Shown here piece after piece: positions 14,671 through 27,752 of a stretch of 64,000 nt of DNA. A program made the position numbers and the translations under genes. How positions within the stretch are numbered: the first letter of the stretch is position 1; each line of letters begins with the position of its first letter. The notes beneath the pieces were generated by a model. That model did not search any database. It was given only the letters and a program-made list of their open reading frames with translations, and was not told the DNA's origin. Source of the stretch: Tubiluchus corallicola (lineage: Eukaryota > Animalia > Priapulida); assembly GCA_030141605.1 (NCBI GenBank), contig JAQGDQ010001014.1:6231-70230 (forward strand). The letters run 5' to 3'.

Positions 14671-15964
14671 CGATTCTGTTGTTAATTAAGCTATTAACTA
14701 ATTCTCGCCTCAACTGAGAAAAGCAATTGAAGTTTTGGAAAACGTAGTGAACAATTTTTAACGTAAGTAAAAATAAATCTTATGGGATAAATTACAGTTT
14801 CTGTTTCCGGAGTAAATTCGAATTTAAACCACGTTAAAATCTCCAAATTTTGTATTTTTATACAAAACATGGAATCGTTCGTTACATTATGCATCTATTT
14901 TCATGACAGGTTTTATTCCAATACGAAGAGTAAAATAAATTTTTAGCCAATTTAAAGGAAGACAGGATGATTTTTCATATTACTACCCCATTTTCAAGTA
15001 CAATCAAAAGTACACGTTTTAACACAATTAATACTGCAAAAGCTTTTCTGGTAACTAAATTACAGACTAAAAGCTTAATTAACGGCTGGCGAGCTTAACT
15101 ATTGATGACATCACAGACTAACATGATTTTCAGCAGCAAAAACATTCCGTTGCACGTGTTTGCGAAAGCAAAAATTAAAGTACAGTGCTAGTGTAAGACT
15201 TTCGGGGTGTTGTAATAAAACTAGGCATGTTTTAAGATAAAAATTCAAATTTAAAATTTGCCGCTGTACTCACGCATGAGTTGTCGAACGTATGCACACA
15301 AACTAAAACATGTGAGAGGTGCAGCACCTGTTTTTTGTGAAATGCCTTTCCGAAATGCAGACGCTAGTGCCCGTCTAACTAGAGAATGGCGAAATGCATG
15401 TAACAGAGAAGAACTAGTGACGCGAGCGGGAATATGTGTTTGTTTGGTAATAATTCTTTCACGTAAGTCATTTTTGAAAAAAATACTATGTTTCCTTTCA
15501 GTGTCTTAAAGAGTAGATTGTTCTGACCCACAGTTAAGATTGGATTCAGTTTTCCTTTTAAAGTGCTTACTTCTTTTTGACCACCAGTTAGAGTTTATAA
15601 GTTGTACTAATCGGTTGCACAGTTCAGCTATGGCTGATTTTTCAAATGCTCGACATCTGCACACAAATTTACAGAAATCCAACAATTTAATCCAGAAATT
15701 GAGAGTAATACAGCAACATTTTGAAATTAATACATGAATTTTCTGAAAGCGTTAAATGACCCTTTGGCAGAACGGTTTTCAATTCCATTTTGAAGCAAGA
15801 TAATTTCAGCTCAGATGTTCTAAGAATTGAACGGTCCGTCTGGAATGAAATGCTGTAGGCTGATTAATGACATCAAAACGTAATCAGGGCATTATCTGAT
15901 TCAAGGGATTCCCTTGTCTGCTCTATTTTTTCTACAAAACGCTTTATTTTGACAAACGGGCCAT

Positions 15965-16600
15965 GGCAAAACGTACAATCACTTTAACCCTTTCAGTCTC
16001 AAATTATTTTTTTAATAAGAGAGAATTGTTATTGGCTTAAATCAAAATAACTATTAACAGATCAAATAACTGTCAGTTTTAAAATTTTATTAATTTTAAA
16101 GGCACAAAATATTTTCGTATCCCACGGGATACAAAGGGTATTAAAGGGTTAAAGTAAGAACACGTGAACATCTGAAACTTGAAAGAAATTAAAAAAGTTT
16201 CCCCGGTCCTGCCACAGTTGTGCCTATGGCTGTGACTAAAGCTATAGGTAACTGGAACTACAAGCTACAATTTTAACATTGTGACGAAAGCCAACAGTAA
16301 CTGGGACTTATTAATAAAAGAAAGTTTATCTCTGCACCCTAGCAAGCCTTCTCTTAATGTGCAAAGTAGTTTAATTCCTTTAACTTTACTTTCAAACACT
16401 TAGCTACCTGTTACCGTATCAATTTCTTTTTCTACGGGTCTGTTTGTTCACTACACATTTGCCTTCCTTGTAGATAATACATAATCAATGCATAATTTTC
16501 TAGACAGTAGCTCTGCTTATAATACTTGTTCATCTGGTTGTTTGTTTTCATAAATCTGTCATTGATGATGACTGGAGTTCAAAACGTTCGCAGACATGTT
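15965..16600 (+). mobile_element. Penelope-like retroelement 3' relic (GIY-YIG endonuclease end plus degenerate hammerhead-like motif), interrupted by a MITE
   Basis: After removing the MITE: GKTYNHFKVRTREHL. Downstream: NFNIVTKANSNWDLLIKESLSLHPSKPSLNVQSSLIPLTL. ttgatgatgac...gttcaaaacgtt at ~16562-16590. Confidence 0.7.
15988..16148. mobile_element. Internally deleted piggyBac-like MITE (same family as 2773..3212)
   Basis: TTAA|CCCTTTCAGT ... AAAGGG|TTAA. Both ends match the longer copy. Confidence 0.85.
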
Positions 16601-18364
16601 TTTTGAAACAATTGTATATTAAAGTTTTAGTAAAAGTTGTGTTGTTTTGATAACAAACAATTTATTTTCATTTCACATACGAATCTTGGCTTAAAAAGTG
16701 GATGGATAATTAGTCGTGGGTCGTCAAACGTTGCTGAGTTGCTCAATTCGGCCCGGTTGAGTTCATGAATCTGCGATAAATCTCTAACCATATTAAAAAG
16801 GGAAACAGGATTATTTTTCATATCTTACCCATTGTGAAGTGCAGTAAAAAGTATACATTTTAACAGCTATAATAGCGCCATTTGTATTTGTGATAGACCT
16901 AATCAAATAATAATTTAAAAACTTAATTAACGGGGATCGAACATTACTAGTGGTGAACATAATTTTCAGCAGCACAGACGACATTCGACGAGCGGGTTCC
17001 ACGTGTTTGCGAAAACCAAAATAGAAGTACAGTGCTACTGAACAACATTCAGTGTGATAGGCAAAAACACAGCAAATTTTATGTTTAAAGGACAAGAGTA
17101 GGTTTCAGAAAAATCACATTAAAAAATTATTATGCTTTATAGCAATTTTATGCGTATATCGTACTCGCGTTGAAAGGAATTTTCGTTTGTTTCCATTTTA
17201 AATCTCCCGCTATACTGTTCCGACGGCGCCATTACATGACGTCACTATGTCACGTAAATCAGGGGCACAAAAGGCAACGCTAAATTATGATCCAAACGTT
17301 TCCGTGCAAATCTATATTACTTACCATTTCGCTTACTTGCTTGAAAGACTTACGTAACTAGAAAAGAAAATTATTAATTATTTAAAAAGTTTTTACCAAC
17401 TGGTAAAATGTCGTTGACTCACTTTCAGGGTGCACCACTTACTAACGAAAAAACGTATTTTTAATCTTATTGAAAAGATACAGTCATTTAAAATTTCACT
17501 GATTTAGTGACGTGTGCGCTACGAATGCTCTGATTATTTTTTCAAACTTTACTCAGTCTTTTCTATACTTGTTTCAAATGAGCTGCTATCAAAATGGCTG
17601 CGCCTAACGGTCATCGCGGGAGTTTAAATTTACACGTTTTATACAGCGTTACGGCCGACGCAAGCCATGCATGCAGAAAGGCAGTACGTAAGTGGTATAA
17701 AATTTCAAGACGAATTTTTTAAGCTTTATGTAAATGGAGGGTTTTCTTGTGCTTTAAGAACTTAAATTCCAAGCTTGCCACTGCGTCATCACGCGATTTC
17801 ATCACAAATGACGATGTAGACGTTAGTGCCCATCTAGATAACGAATGTATGTAGTATCAGCGAAGAACTAGATGCGCGAACGCAAAATTAATTTTTGCGG
17901 TAATAATTCTTTCACGTAATAATTCTTTCACATACTACTTTTCTTAAAAAATAGTATGTTCCCTTTCAATATAGGTTAGGTTAGGTTGTTTTGAGTTGTA
18001 GTTTAAGAAGGGGTCCGGTTTTCATTTTAATGCCTTTTTTGTGATGAAATATACGTTGGTTTTCAACGTGTCTGTCACTAGTTGTAAATGTAGACTATAA
18101 TAAAAACTGTTTAGCTAATTTTAAACCACAATGTTTGAGGTTTGATAAAATCGTGACCAGCTGGGACTCGAACACGTGACTAATCTTTCTTTAACGTCGC
18201 AAGGCAATGAGCTGGCTCTCATGATACTGTCGCGATGACGTGCTTGTCTTTTCTTTTTCGATTTTTGTGTTTTTGTTTGTTCGTTTGCCTTTGCGTTTGT
18301 TTATTCGTTTGTTTAAATGTTTTTTGTTTCAAACTAAAGTCGAGAACATTATCTTCATTTTACT

Positions 18365-18512
18365 TTGTTTACTTGCTTGCTTGCTTACTATACTAACTTA
18401 CATACATACATACTTACTTACTTACTCACTCGCTCGCTCGCTCACTCACTCACTCACTCACTCACTCACTCACGCACTCACTCACTCACTTAATTATTTA
18501 CTTACTTACTTG

Positions 18513-18558
<46 letters not shown>

Positions 18559-18657
18559 GACTTACTTACTTACTTACTTGCTTGCTCGCTCGCTCGCTCG
18601 CTCGCTCGCTCACTCACTCACTCACTCACTTACTTACATAGTTAGTTACTTACTTGC
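18365..18657 (+). repeat. Compound (TTAC/CTCA/CTCG)n microsatellite (mirror ~39090..39390)
   Basis: Direct reading. Confidence 0.93.
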
Positions 18658-21085
18658 CCTCCATTTCTTGCTTTCGTGGTTTCTACGTTGTTTTTTTTGT
18701 TCGTTCATTCGTTTTTTGCTCCTTTCTTTGTTCATTTGTTCTTATGATTAAGCCAATGTGATGTGCTAAATCATATTAAATGAATATAATTCCTTAGAAG
18801 TTTGTACATTTTCAACTTGCCTTAATTACCGACAAAAACAAATTAATTGCTACTTCATAGCAGTATGATTTGTGACCTTAAAATGTCAGCTGGGTTAAAG
18901 CTACAGAGATGCCTAAAAAATTAAATAAACGTCTACAATTCCTAGCTTATCTACAAGACTATGATAATTAAAATTTACTTAAGACAATTCACTTAAACAT
19001 GACATAACATTTATTATATTACTGGCTATTCTAGTAACAGTTTCTTTCCAATTATTATTATCATAAATCTTTTATTTAGAAATTCATTCCATATCAAGTC
19101 ATCTATTTGCTGGGTAAAAGTTACATAGTATTGCAAATATTACAGATTATTATACCCAATTAGCACTTAATATTGTTGTTACAATATGAATGAGTTAGCT
19201 TACATTTAAAAAGTTTGTTACAGATAAATATATTTATTCACTCACACCGTAGTTTAGGGCTTTGCATGTTACATCTACCGACATAAGCTCAAATTATTAC
19301 CATTATATACACAGTTTAATTTTTCGTCCACAATACTGTTTGCCAAACTACATCATTATTGTTATTAACAATAGCTATACAAGGAATTTACACAGGTCAA
19401 TATGTTTATTAAGTCTGACACCAATAACCAATTTTAATTACTTATCAAATTCATTTTGATTAATTCTTTTACTATTAAAATTTTTTATCTAAATTTCCAA
19501 TATATTTCATCGCGTTTTCTGTACATGTTTTTAAATTTCTGCCAACGATTTTAGTTTATAATGATGCCCTAAGTTCTTTATGCTCTTTCCAAAATACGAA
19601 ATTTTGTCTTTGACAGTCTCCGCCAAGGACGCGGCTTCCCTCTAGGCTTCTGAGCCGCATAACATAGTTGTTTACCACATAGTCTTCAAACTATACCAAT
19701 CTCATAAGAAATCAATAGTACAAAAGTATTACCAATTACAAAGTATTTGGCTTTCCCAAGAAGAAAGGCTAGCGGTGGAGCCGCTGGAAACAGTAATGTA
19801 ATACGTTTTCTATGTACGTACTGTCAGGCGTTTTTCTGATGTCTATATGTCAATATCTCAAGCTGCCAGTTTATCATTAAACTTTGAACAGTTTCCCCGG
19901 ATCCAAGTACGATAAGCCATGCTGCACGGAGAAATGTGCTGAAATTGTTAAAAAAGCGCGCGAATGGCAAAATTGCTCACAAAAAACGCAGGAATTTGCA
20001 GACGTTTTGACAATTTCCATTAGTTTTGCGTTTTGATTGTCAGACGACGCCTATTCATGCTGGCTGACTGTAGGTTTTAGTGACTGGTTCATTACAACGT
20101 CTTTCCATTTCCAATACCACCTTCATTCGGCATTTTACGAGTTTTCAACAGGTTTCAATGGAAAAGGTTTGCGCGTTTTATTGTTTTAAATTTTATATGC
20201 TTGGTGATGGATCAAACGCCGCAGCATGTTAGACAGTTTCGTAATTCAAGAAAGGGTGTCGTTACTGCAGGAGTTTTCTCGACTTCCTGGACGCGCCTCT
20301 ACTGGTTCCTATCAGAAACCAATAGGCCATGTCATGCCCAGTAATGACTTTGGCTTCTGATGTCTCTACTCGGCAATTAGGTCAATAAGATAATCTCTGA
20401 CAATCATGCTTGGGGACATCGGTTATAGTTCATTTGCAAAAATGCTAACATGTTAATGACGTTAGGTTCTTGCATGGCTATACTGCATTTATCCTGAATC
20501 CTAGTTAAGCTTATGTGTTTTTCTTGCTGTCGTTCACACTGCTGCTGCTGTCGTCGCCATTCCGTTTCAACTTCAAGTACTTAATTTAAGATTTACTTTT
20601 CTTTAAAATTTATTGAGAATTTAAATTTTACGTTTTCACGAGTGTATGTTTTTAACCGTTTCTCAGTTTGAAATTGCAATATTATTACTTCTCTACAAAT
20701 ATGAACTCTGTTCTGTTCTATATTTGCTTCTTTAACACATACAATAGATGTTCACAAAGATTCATTCTATAGTTAGGCTAAATGTTATATCTTTGAGAAT
20801 CCGCCCGTTTATTTCAAATACCAGCTTCAAACTATCTCATTCTGTCCCTCCCTTTCGCGAGAATAGCATGCAAGTTAAAGCAGCGCATCCCAGGGTATAC
20901 ATGCTAACATATCTTTCACGTTCCATGAGCCATGAAGTAAAAACTAAGCCGATTAGCCAACCAGTTTACGCCTACGTAGGCCTATCTATGCCAGCCTCAA
21001 ACCATCTCTCTCTCTCTCCCTTTCTCGAGAATAGCATACAAATCGGACAGCTAAAGCAGCGCATCCCGGGGGTTAACATACTTAA

Positions 21086-21580
21086 AAGAAAACTAGTTCA
21101 GAGTAAAGAATGCTCTAAAATAGTGAAAACTACAATAACTTTTTTAAATCAAAACTTAGATTAAATAATAATTACCTCGGATACTCAAATTTTGTTAGAC
21201 TTTCAACCGCACGTTCAGTGAATCTACTAAGATTGGCAACGGCACCTTTTTGTCACATTCGCGTGGCCGACAAATAGAAGGTGGTACCGTGATAACGATG
21301 ATCGTGAACTGTAGTGTTAGTTTCTAGCGTTTATTAAGCAGTACTGTAACACTTATGCAAACGTGCTTGACGCGCAAGGGAAGATGCCCGTCATTGCACA
21401 AACTGTGGTTAGTTTGTGACTTAAGCAATAGCTGTGTTCGGTTGCCGTTAATTAACTTTCTAGGCTAATTATTCAAATATAAGAAACAATTGCTAACTTT
21501 TATATGCAAAAAATGCATATATATATAAATATAGTAAATTAAAATGAGATATATAATATAAACAATCATCTGGTTTTCCT
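21086..21580. mobile_element. Kolobok-like MITE family A copy (mirror ~36165..36660)
   Basis: TTAA|aagaaaac ... ggttttcct|TTAA. Inserted into the second unit of a ~170-bp local tandem duplication. Confidence 0.8.
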
Positions 21581-22511
21581 TTAAGCATCTTTCACGTTCC
21601 ATGAGCCAGAAGTTAAAAATTAAACCTTTTAGCGAACTAGTTTTCGCTTAAGTATCAAAATACCCAGTTGCCTACTTCATGTGAAAAACTACTTCAGGTG
21701 GAAAAAATTGTTATTAAGAACTAATGGGGCGAGGCTATGAAGAGCAGCAACATTAAGGCTGATCAGTGAATGGTTAGGTGCCCTCGCCGAGTTCAGTACT
21801 CACACTGGACAGTTTCATTTGCCATATTGATACTGATACCATTTCCATCCATAACAAAGGTCATGTTCACATCTGAATGTGGCAAAGTTAGCTCTACCCG
21901 ATTGGGCATCTCATCTCAGATCATAGCCTAGAATGTGTCGGATGACAATACTGCCACAAGCACCTTTTGAGCTGAAATCCCAGAGTGCAGTGTGACGAAC
22001 TATACGTTAAACAAGCGTTTGGCATTTCATCCTTAGACTTGACAACCATTCACATCCCAGATGTACTCAATTGTAAGTCATGGACAGGAGAAAAACGGAT
22101 ATACAAACAGACTAAACATTGACCTTTGACTTAACTTTATCTTGTGGCTTCTCAACCACAGGAACCATTTGTTTTTAACGCAAGTTGTGGACAAACAAAC
22201 GAACGAATTCCTGAAATACAGTTATACGTGTATTATTGAAAAGCTAAAGTTTAGGTGTTACTGGCTTTTTTCTTTTTCTTCTGCTACTCTAAACATCTGT
22301 TATAGACATAGAGCCTCTATCCTTTAATAGAGCACTCCATTGTTTCCTGTATGCAGCTAAAATGTTGAGTTCCTGTGATGCTATTGTTACGTTTGGTTCA
22401 GCTGATGTAAATCTTTATTAATTGATATCCAAATTGTTTTTGGTTTTGCTTGGAGGTCATTTAGCAGGTTTCAGTGCCTCGTTTAATTAGATTTAGATTT
22501 ATTTTAGATAA

Positions 22512-22750
22512 AGGGTCCCTGTTGAAGCCACTTATTTGACGGAAAGGGCCCTGTTGAAGCCACTTATTTGACGTAAAGGGCCCCTGTTGAAGCCACTTAT
22601 TTGACGTAAAGGGCCCCTGTTGAAGCCACTTATTTGACGTAAAGGGCCCCTGTTGAAGCCACCTATTTGACGTAAAGGGCCCCTGTTGAAGCCACTTATT
22701 TGACGTAAAGGGCCCTGTTGAAGCCACTTATTTGAGGTAAAGGCCCCCTG
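22512..22750 (+). repeat. 33-bp minisatellite x~7 (mirror ~34990..35230)
   Basis: Unit gggcccctgttgaagccacttatttgacgtaaa. Confidence 0.93.
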
Positions 22751-22901
22751 TTTGATTTAGATTTCGGTTAATTTATTTACCTGTTTAGCACAATAAAAAA
22801 TAAAAGTTATAAAATTACCAATTAACAACACATTGCAAGACTTTAACTATGAGCTACGCTCAACATGAACTAAACTAATAACAACAAGACTTAGTTAATG
22901 A

Positions 22902-22937
<36 letters not shown>

Positions 22938-23328
22938 AATGCGTTAAATTTAACGAAGCAAACAGATGCGAGAAAACGATTATGACGATGTTGATGATGA
23001 TGATGATAATGATGATAACGATGGTGATATTAGTGCTGATGACAATGATAATGAATTGATGCTAATGGTGATGATGCTAATCTTACTGGTGTTGTTTTTG
23101 GCAATCTCGTTAAATGTCCTACCAACCTCAGTCTTCTGATTTTGATCTTAGTGCTCCAACATTCTTCTTTGGTACTGTTATACAGCTGCTTATGTGAAAT
23201 GATATCATTTTATGGCCATTTTACTTTTTTTCTGAGTAGGCGCTTTGGTTTACTTGTTTAACAAAAAGAAGTGTTCGTGCATACTAGCGACATCTATTGA
23301 CGAGAATTTGGTCTATTTATTTTTGCAG

Positions 23329-23798
23329 GTTATGGTCACATTGCACCAAGCACCAACTGGGGTCGCCTCGCCTGCATCATCTATGCCTTGGTTGGCATTC
23401 CCATGTTCCTCGTTGTGCTGGTCGACATTGGCAAGCTCTTCACGCGGGCCATCAAGTTCGTCTGGTCGTACTTTCGCCAGTTCTACTACACCGGGACGTG
23501 TCGCAAGGCTCGACGACACTTCCACGAACAGGCGGACATTATGAAAGACAAGGCGAAACTCGGAGCGGGTTATGCTCGCGACTATGCCAAAAAAGGTGCT
23601 GACTTTGCCAAAGAATTTTCTTCCACTGCCATGGAGAAGGGTGTAATTGCGACGCGTGATTACGTGGACAAAGTGAAAAAGGTGCGAGGTAAGCTCGAAG
23701 GAGAAATTGTAAAAGAGGAAATCGAGCCCAGTCCAAAGAACCCGAAGCGAATGGCTGGAGGACAAAACCTTAAATTTGACTGGAAAATAGAAAAACGG
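23329..23798 (+). CDS. K2P (TWiK/TWK-like) potassium channel, internal exon: end of pore 1, TM2, cytoplasmic loop (copy 1)
   Basis: Acceptor ttttgcag|GT TAT GGT splits the first Gly of the (T-x)-GYG filter in phase 1. Translation (G)YGHIAPSTNWGRLACIIYALVGIPMFLVVLVDIGK. Donor CGG|gtgagt in phase 0. Confidence 0.93.
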
Positions 23799-24489
23799 GT
23801 GAGTACTGATTGCTTGTTGTTGCTGTTGCTGCTGTTGTTGTTGTTCTTCTTCTTCTTGTTGTTGTTGTCGTTGTCGTCACTGTCATTGTCGTTGTTGTTG
23901 TTCTTCTTCTTCTTCTTGTTGTTGTTGTCGTTGTCGTCACTGTCATTGTCGTTGTTGTTGCTGCTGATGCTGCTGCTGTTGTTGTTAATCCTGCTGCAGC
24001 TGCTGCTATTGTCATTGCCATTGCTATTGTTATTGCAACTTCAAACTGCCATGCCAATGACAGACGTGTCGTTCTTCTAACAACAGACGCACGACACAGT
24101 ATGTCATCCAGATGACACAGAAGGTGGAAGGAACAGTAATATGTTGTTCAGAAGATACGTTATGTCTTAGGGGTGTTAGTATGCCATTCAAAAGTGACAA
24201 TGCACAATTGCATATGCAAGGAAACACGTGTACTTAATTTGAGCACCACAAAAGCATCTTCGAGGTTGGCATTTTACGGTTTCACACTTTCCGTATCGTT
24301 TTAGGCAAGCCAGAAAGTTAGAAATCCATTTCAGAGACTATTGACCGTAGTGTTTTTAAAATGTTTTCCACGCCACGGTATGTCACCAGTGGTTTGACTT
24401 TAGTCTTGCAACGACTTTCAATGACTTCAAAGGTTTTAAGTCCATTAACATTTTTTTGCCGATTCTACAGCCATTAATTCTTTTTTCAG

Positions 24490-25437
24490 GCAGCTTTGGC
24501 CAAACTGGAAGACACCTACGATCTCGAGGAACCAGAAGTTATGCCAGAATTCGTCGTAGACGAGGAATTCAATCTTCCGGTCTCGATGGCACTGCTGCTA
24601 CTCTGCGGCTACACGTTTGTCGGCGGCGTCATTTTTGCCATTGCCGAAAAGTGGACATATTTGGACGCGTTTTACTTCTGCTTCATTTCCCTGAGCACGG
24701 TCGGTTTTGGCGACATCGTTCCGCGCAACGAGGCCTTCATGATGATGGCCATTGCTTACATATTTTTTGGTCTTGCACTGACCTCAATGGTCATCAATGT
24801 GGTGATGGAGTTCTTCAGCAATAAATTCGCAGAAGCCACCGAGAGACTGAAGGAGAGATTTCGACTCAACATTGAGGAAGATCTGACGCCGAGTTCCGAA
24901 AACGATGAAAACAGTGCTTGGTCGCCCAACGAAAACAGCACAAACATACCGGCTGGTACCATAAAAGTAACAATAGCACCTAGTGATTTGGCAACCGGTA
25001 AACCAAAATTACGCATTCCACAACCCGACGACGACGAGGACGAAGACGACAATGACGACAACCGCGACACACGCGTTGACGTCGGCAATGGCGACGGGAG
25101 CGAAGCCCGCGTCGAGGTTGACGACATCCAGGAAATGGACGATGCAGTGGCTGCTTGTCAGTCCGTGTATAAACAGATGGATGACGCAATTTCGTCACGT
25201 GATAAGCAGACGGATGACGCAAATTCGTCACGTGATATGCAGATGGATGACGCAATTTCGTCACGTGATCGAAACCAAAAGCCCACCTCGTCTTTGCACA
25301 GTATACAGAACTGCAGTAGCAAACGAATAGTGAATGACGGCACAGAACTTTCAGTGCTTAGTAGCAATAAATGTGATAAAAAACCTCCTGGACAGTGGAT
25401 AGTGGGGCAGAAGGACAAACACGCCTCGTTTGTATAG
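24490..25437 (+). CDS. K2P potassium channel, terminal exon: TM3, pore 2, TM4, acidic C-tail (copy 1)
   Basis: Acceptor ttttttcag|GCA GCT TTG in phase 0, compatible with the previous donor. EKWTYLDAFYFCFISLSTVGFGDIVP is the K2P second pore signature. TAG stop at 25435-25437. Confidence 0.95.
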   Translation, partial: AALAKLEDTYDLEEPEVMPEFVVDEEFNLPVSMALLLLCGYTFVGGVIFAIAEKWTYLDAFYFCFISLSTVGFGDIVPRNEAFMMMAIAYIFFGLALTSMVINVVMEFFSNKFAEATERLKERFRLNIEEDLTPSSENDENSAWSPNENSTNIPAGTIKVTIAPSDLATGKPKLRIPQPDDDEDEDDNDDNRDTRVDVGNGDGSEARVEVDDIQEMDDAVAACQSVYKQMDDAISSRDKQTDDANSSRDMQMDDAISSRDRNQKPTSSLHSIQNCSSKRIVNDGTELSVLSSNKCDKKPPGQWIVGQKDKHASFV

Positions 25438-25857
25438 CAACAAATCTAGGTGTAGATATTAATTTTAGCTACAATTCATTTACATTCTCGAAGGCCCTTT
25501 GGGGTGCTGTAAAGTCAAATCTCTTTGTACCACCCGCTTTGGGACTCCAGAAAGAGCTGGTATTATGCATAGTGCATTAATATATACATGTCTATGAAAA
25601 ACATAGACATTTTCTTTTGTCAAAATTTTGTGGGTTAAGCGAGGTTGACATTTTAAAGGGGGGAGGGTGTTATAACAAGGTTCGACTGTATTAAAGAATT
25701 CATTTTTTAAAAGTAATTGGCTCGAATATGTGATTCAAACGGGAAAACAAGTGGCTCGCAATAGCAAAACAATTATGTGATCCGAGCCACTTGTTAGGAT
25801 TAATAATTCACCCTAGTCACATAGTTAACTTGTTCGAGATAAGATAAGACGAGATAT

Positions 25858-26545
25858 GATAAGATAAGATAAGGTAAGATAAGATAAGATAAGATAAGGT
25901 AACGTAAGGTAAGATAAGATAAGATAAGATAAGATAAGATAAGATAAGATAAGATAAGATAAGATAAGATAAGATAAGATAAGATAAGATAAGATAAGAT
26001 AAGATAAGATAAGATAAGAAAAGATAAGATAAGATAAGATAAGATAAGATAAGATAAGATAAGATAAGATAAGATAAGATAAGATAAGATAAGATAAGAT
26101 AAGATAAGATAAGATAAGGTAAGATAAGATAAGATAAGATAAGGTGAGATAAGGTAAGCTAAGGTAAGGTAAGGTAAGGTAAGGCAAGGCAAGATCAGAT
26201 GAGGTGAGGTGAGGTGAGGTGAGGTAGAGGTAAGGTAAGATAAGATAAGAAAAGGTAAGGAAAGGAAAGGAAAGGAAAGGTAAGGTAAGGTAAGCTAAGG
26301 TAAGGTAAGCCAAGACAAGACAAGACAAGACAAGACAAGACAAGACAAGACAAGACAAGACAAGACAAGACAAGGCAAGGCAAGGTAAGGTAAAGTAAGG
26401 TAAGATATGGTAAGGTAAAGGTAAGATAAGATAAAACCAGGTAAGGTAAGGTAAAGTAAGCAAAGGAAAGATAAGATAAGAGAAGGTAAAGTAAGGTAAA
26501 ATAAAGTACGATAAGATAAGGTAAGGAACAGCTAAGATAAGATAG
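25858..26545 (+). repeat. Compound pentanucleotide (AAGAT/AAGGT/AAGAC)n array (mirror ~31245..31905)
   Basis: Direct reading. Confidence 0.95.
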
Positions 26546-27507
26546 AACATATTTGTTTATCTACTGCAAGCTTAACAGTAGACAGAAACATTCAGACATT
26601 TTTAAAATTTAGTAAAATAAAAAAAATGTTGTAGTTTAGAAGATAATACATTTACAATGGATAAAGCGTAAACTTATGAACTCTCACTTGGCTTCAACAG
26701 GTTTTCTTGTGTAACCCTTCTGCTTTATAATAGAGAACGTGATAATATTATTATAAATTTTTAATGAGTCGTCGAGGCACATAATTACAAGTTACGTTAC
26801 TTAAGTGCATATGAAACGTGCCAATTACGTCACAAGAGCGTACTTCATGATCGTGTTATTAAAACGGCCAGTTGTTCTTATAGGTAAAACAACGACGCGG
26901 TTATTGTTGCCAATATTATGCTTAAAAACCACGTTGAGTTTGTCTATTAACTTTATTTGTTAGGCGTTGATAGTTTGATAAATGCCGCGCATGCGCAGGG
27001 AGATTTGCTAACTGCATATCGAAAAATACTCCGTCGTTCATCGAATGCAGTTTTTGTGATAGAAAATGACGCCCGTTGTTGACACCGTACTTTGCGCGAA
27101 TCTCGAAAAATCTCTCTGCGCAGGCGCGAAATTTAAATCTATGGATAAACCTCATTTCTTATGCCTAGTCATAGATGTCGTTCGTGCAGTTATTGTTCAT
27201 TCTAGCACGTAGGATTATGATGTCAATTAAATCGTTCTTTGTAAAAGTAATTGTAACCATATGTGTCAATTTATACGTATGAGTTAAAATAACAAGTACT
27301 GGTAGCAACAGTAGTAAAATTCTTTTTTAGCCTTTAGAAACTTTTGAACACAATAATTCAAGCATTAAATAAAGACAATCAGTGTTGGTTCCGTGGTACA
27401 ACATGCGCGGCTCCTAGACAAATGTGTTTAGTGCAATCTGGCTTATAAATGCAACAAAAATTCGAGGCAATAAATGGGTAGTGCACTGGAGTGAAATTAC
27501 GCTACAG

Positions 27508-27512
27508 TCTCT

Positions 27513-27572
<60 letters not shown>

Positions 27573-27615
27573 CTCTTTCTCTCTTTCTCTCTCCCTCTTT
27601 CTCTCTCATTTGCTT

Positions 27616-27673
<58 letters not shown>

Positions 27674-27679
27674 CTCTCT

Positions 27680-27752
<73 letters not shown>

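Noticed and set aside
22050-22080. Candidate missing pore-1 exon ending at caatt|gtaagt
   Set aside because: The upstream translation has no K2P pore-helix motif and does not supply the phase-1 G needed.
23799-24080. Leu-rich extension of ORF 23388..24080 as extra TM segments
   Set aside because: It lies after a canonical gtgagt donor, in an intronic (TTG/TTC)n repeat. Splicing to 24490 keeps the frame.
23313-25418. Antisense and alternative-frame ORFs overlapping the channel exons
   Set aside because: They are shadow ORFs of GC-richer coding sequence with no independent motifs.
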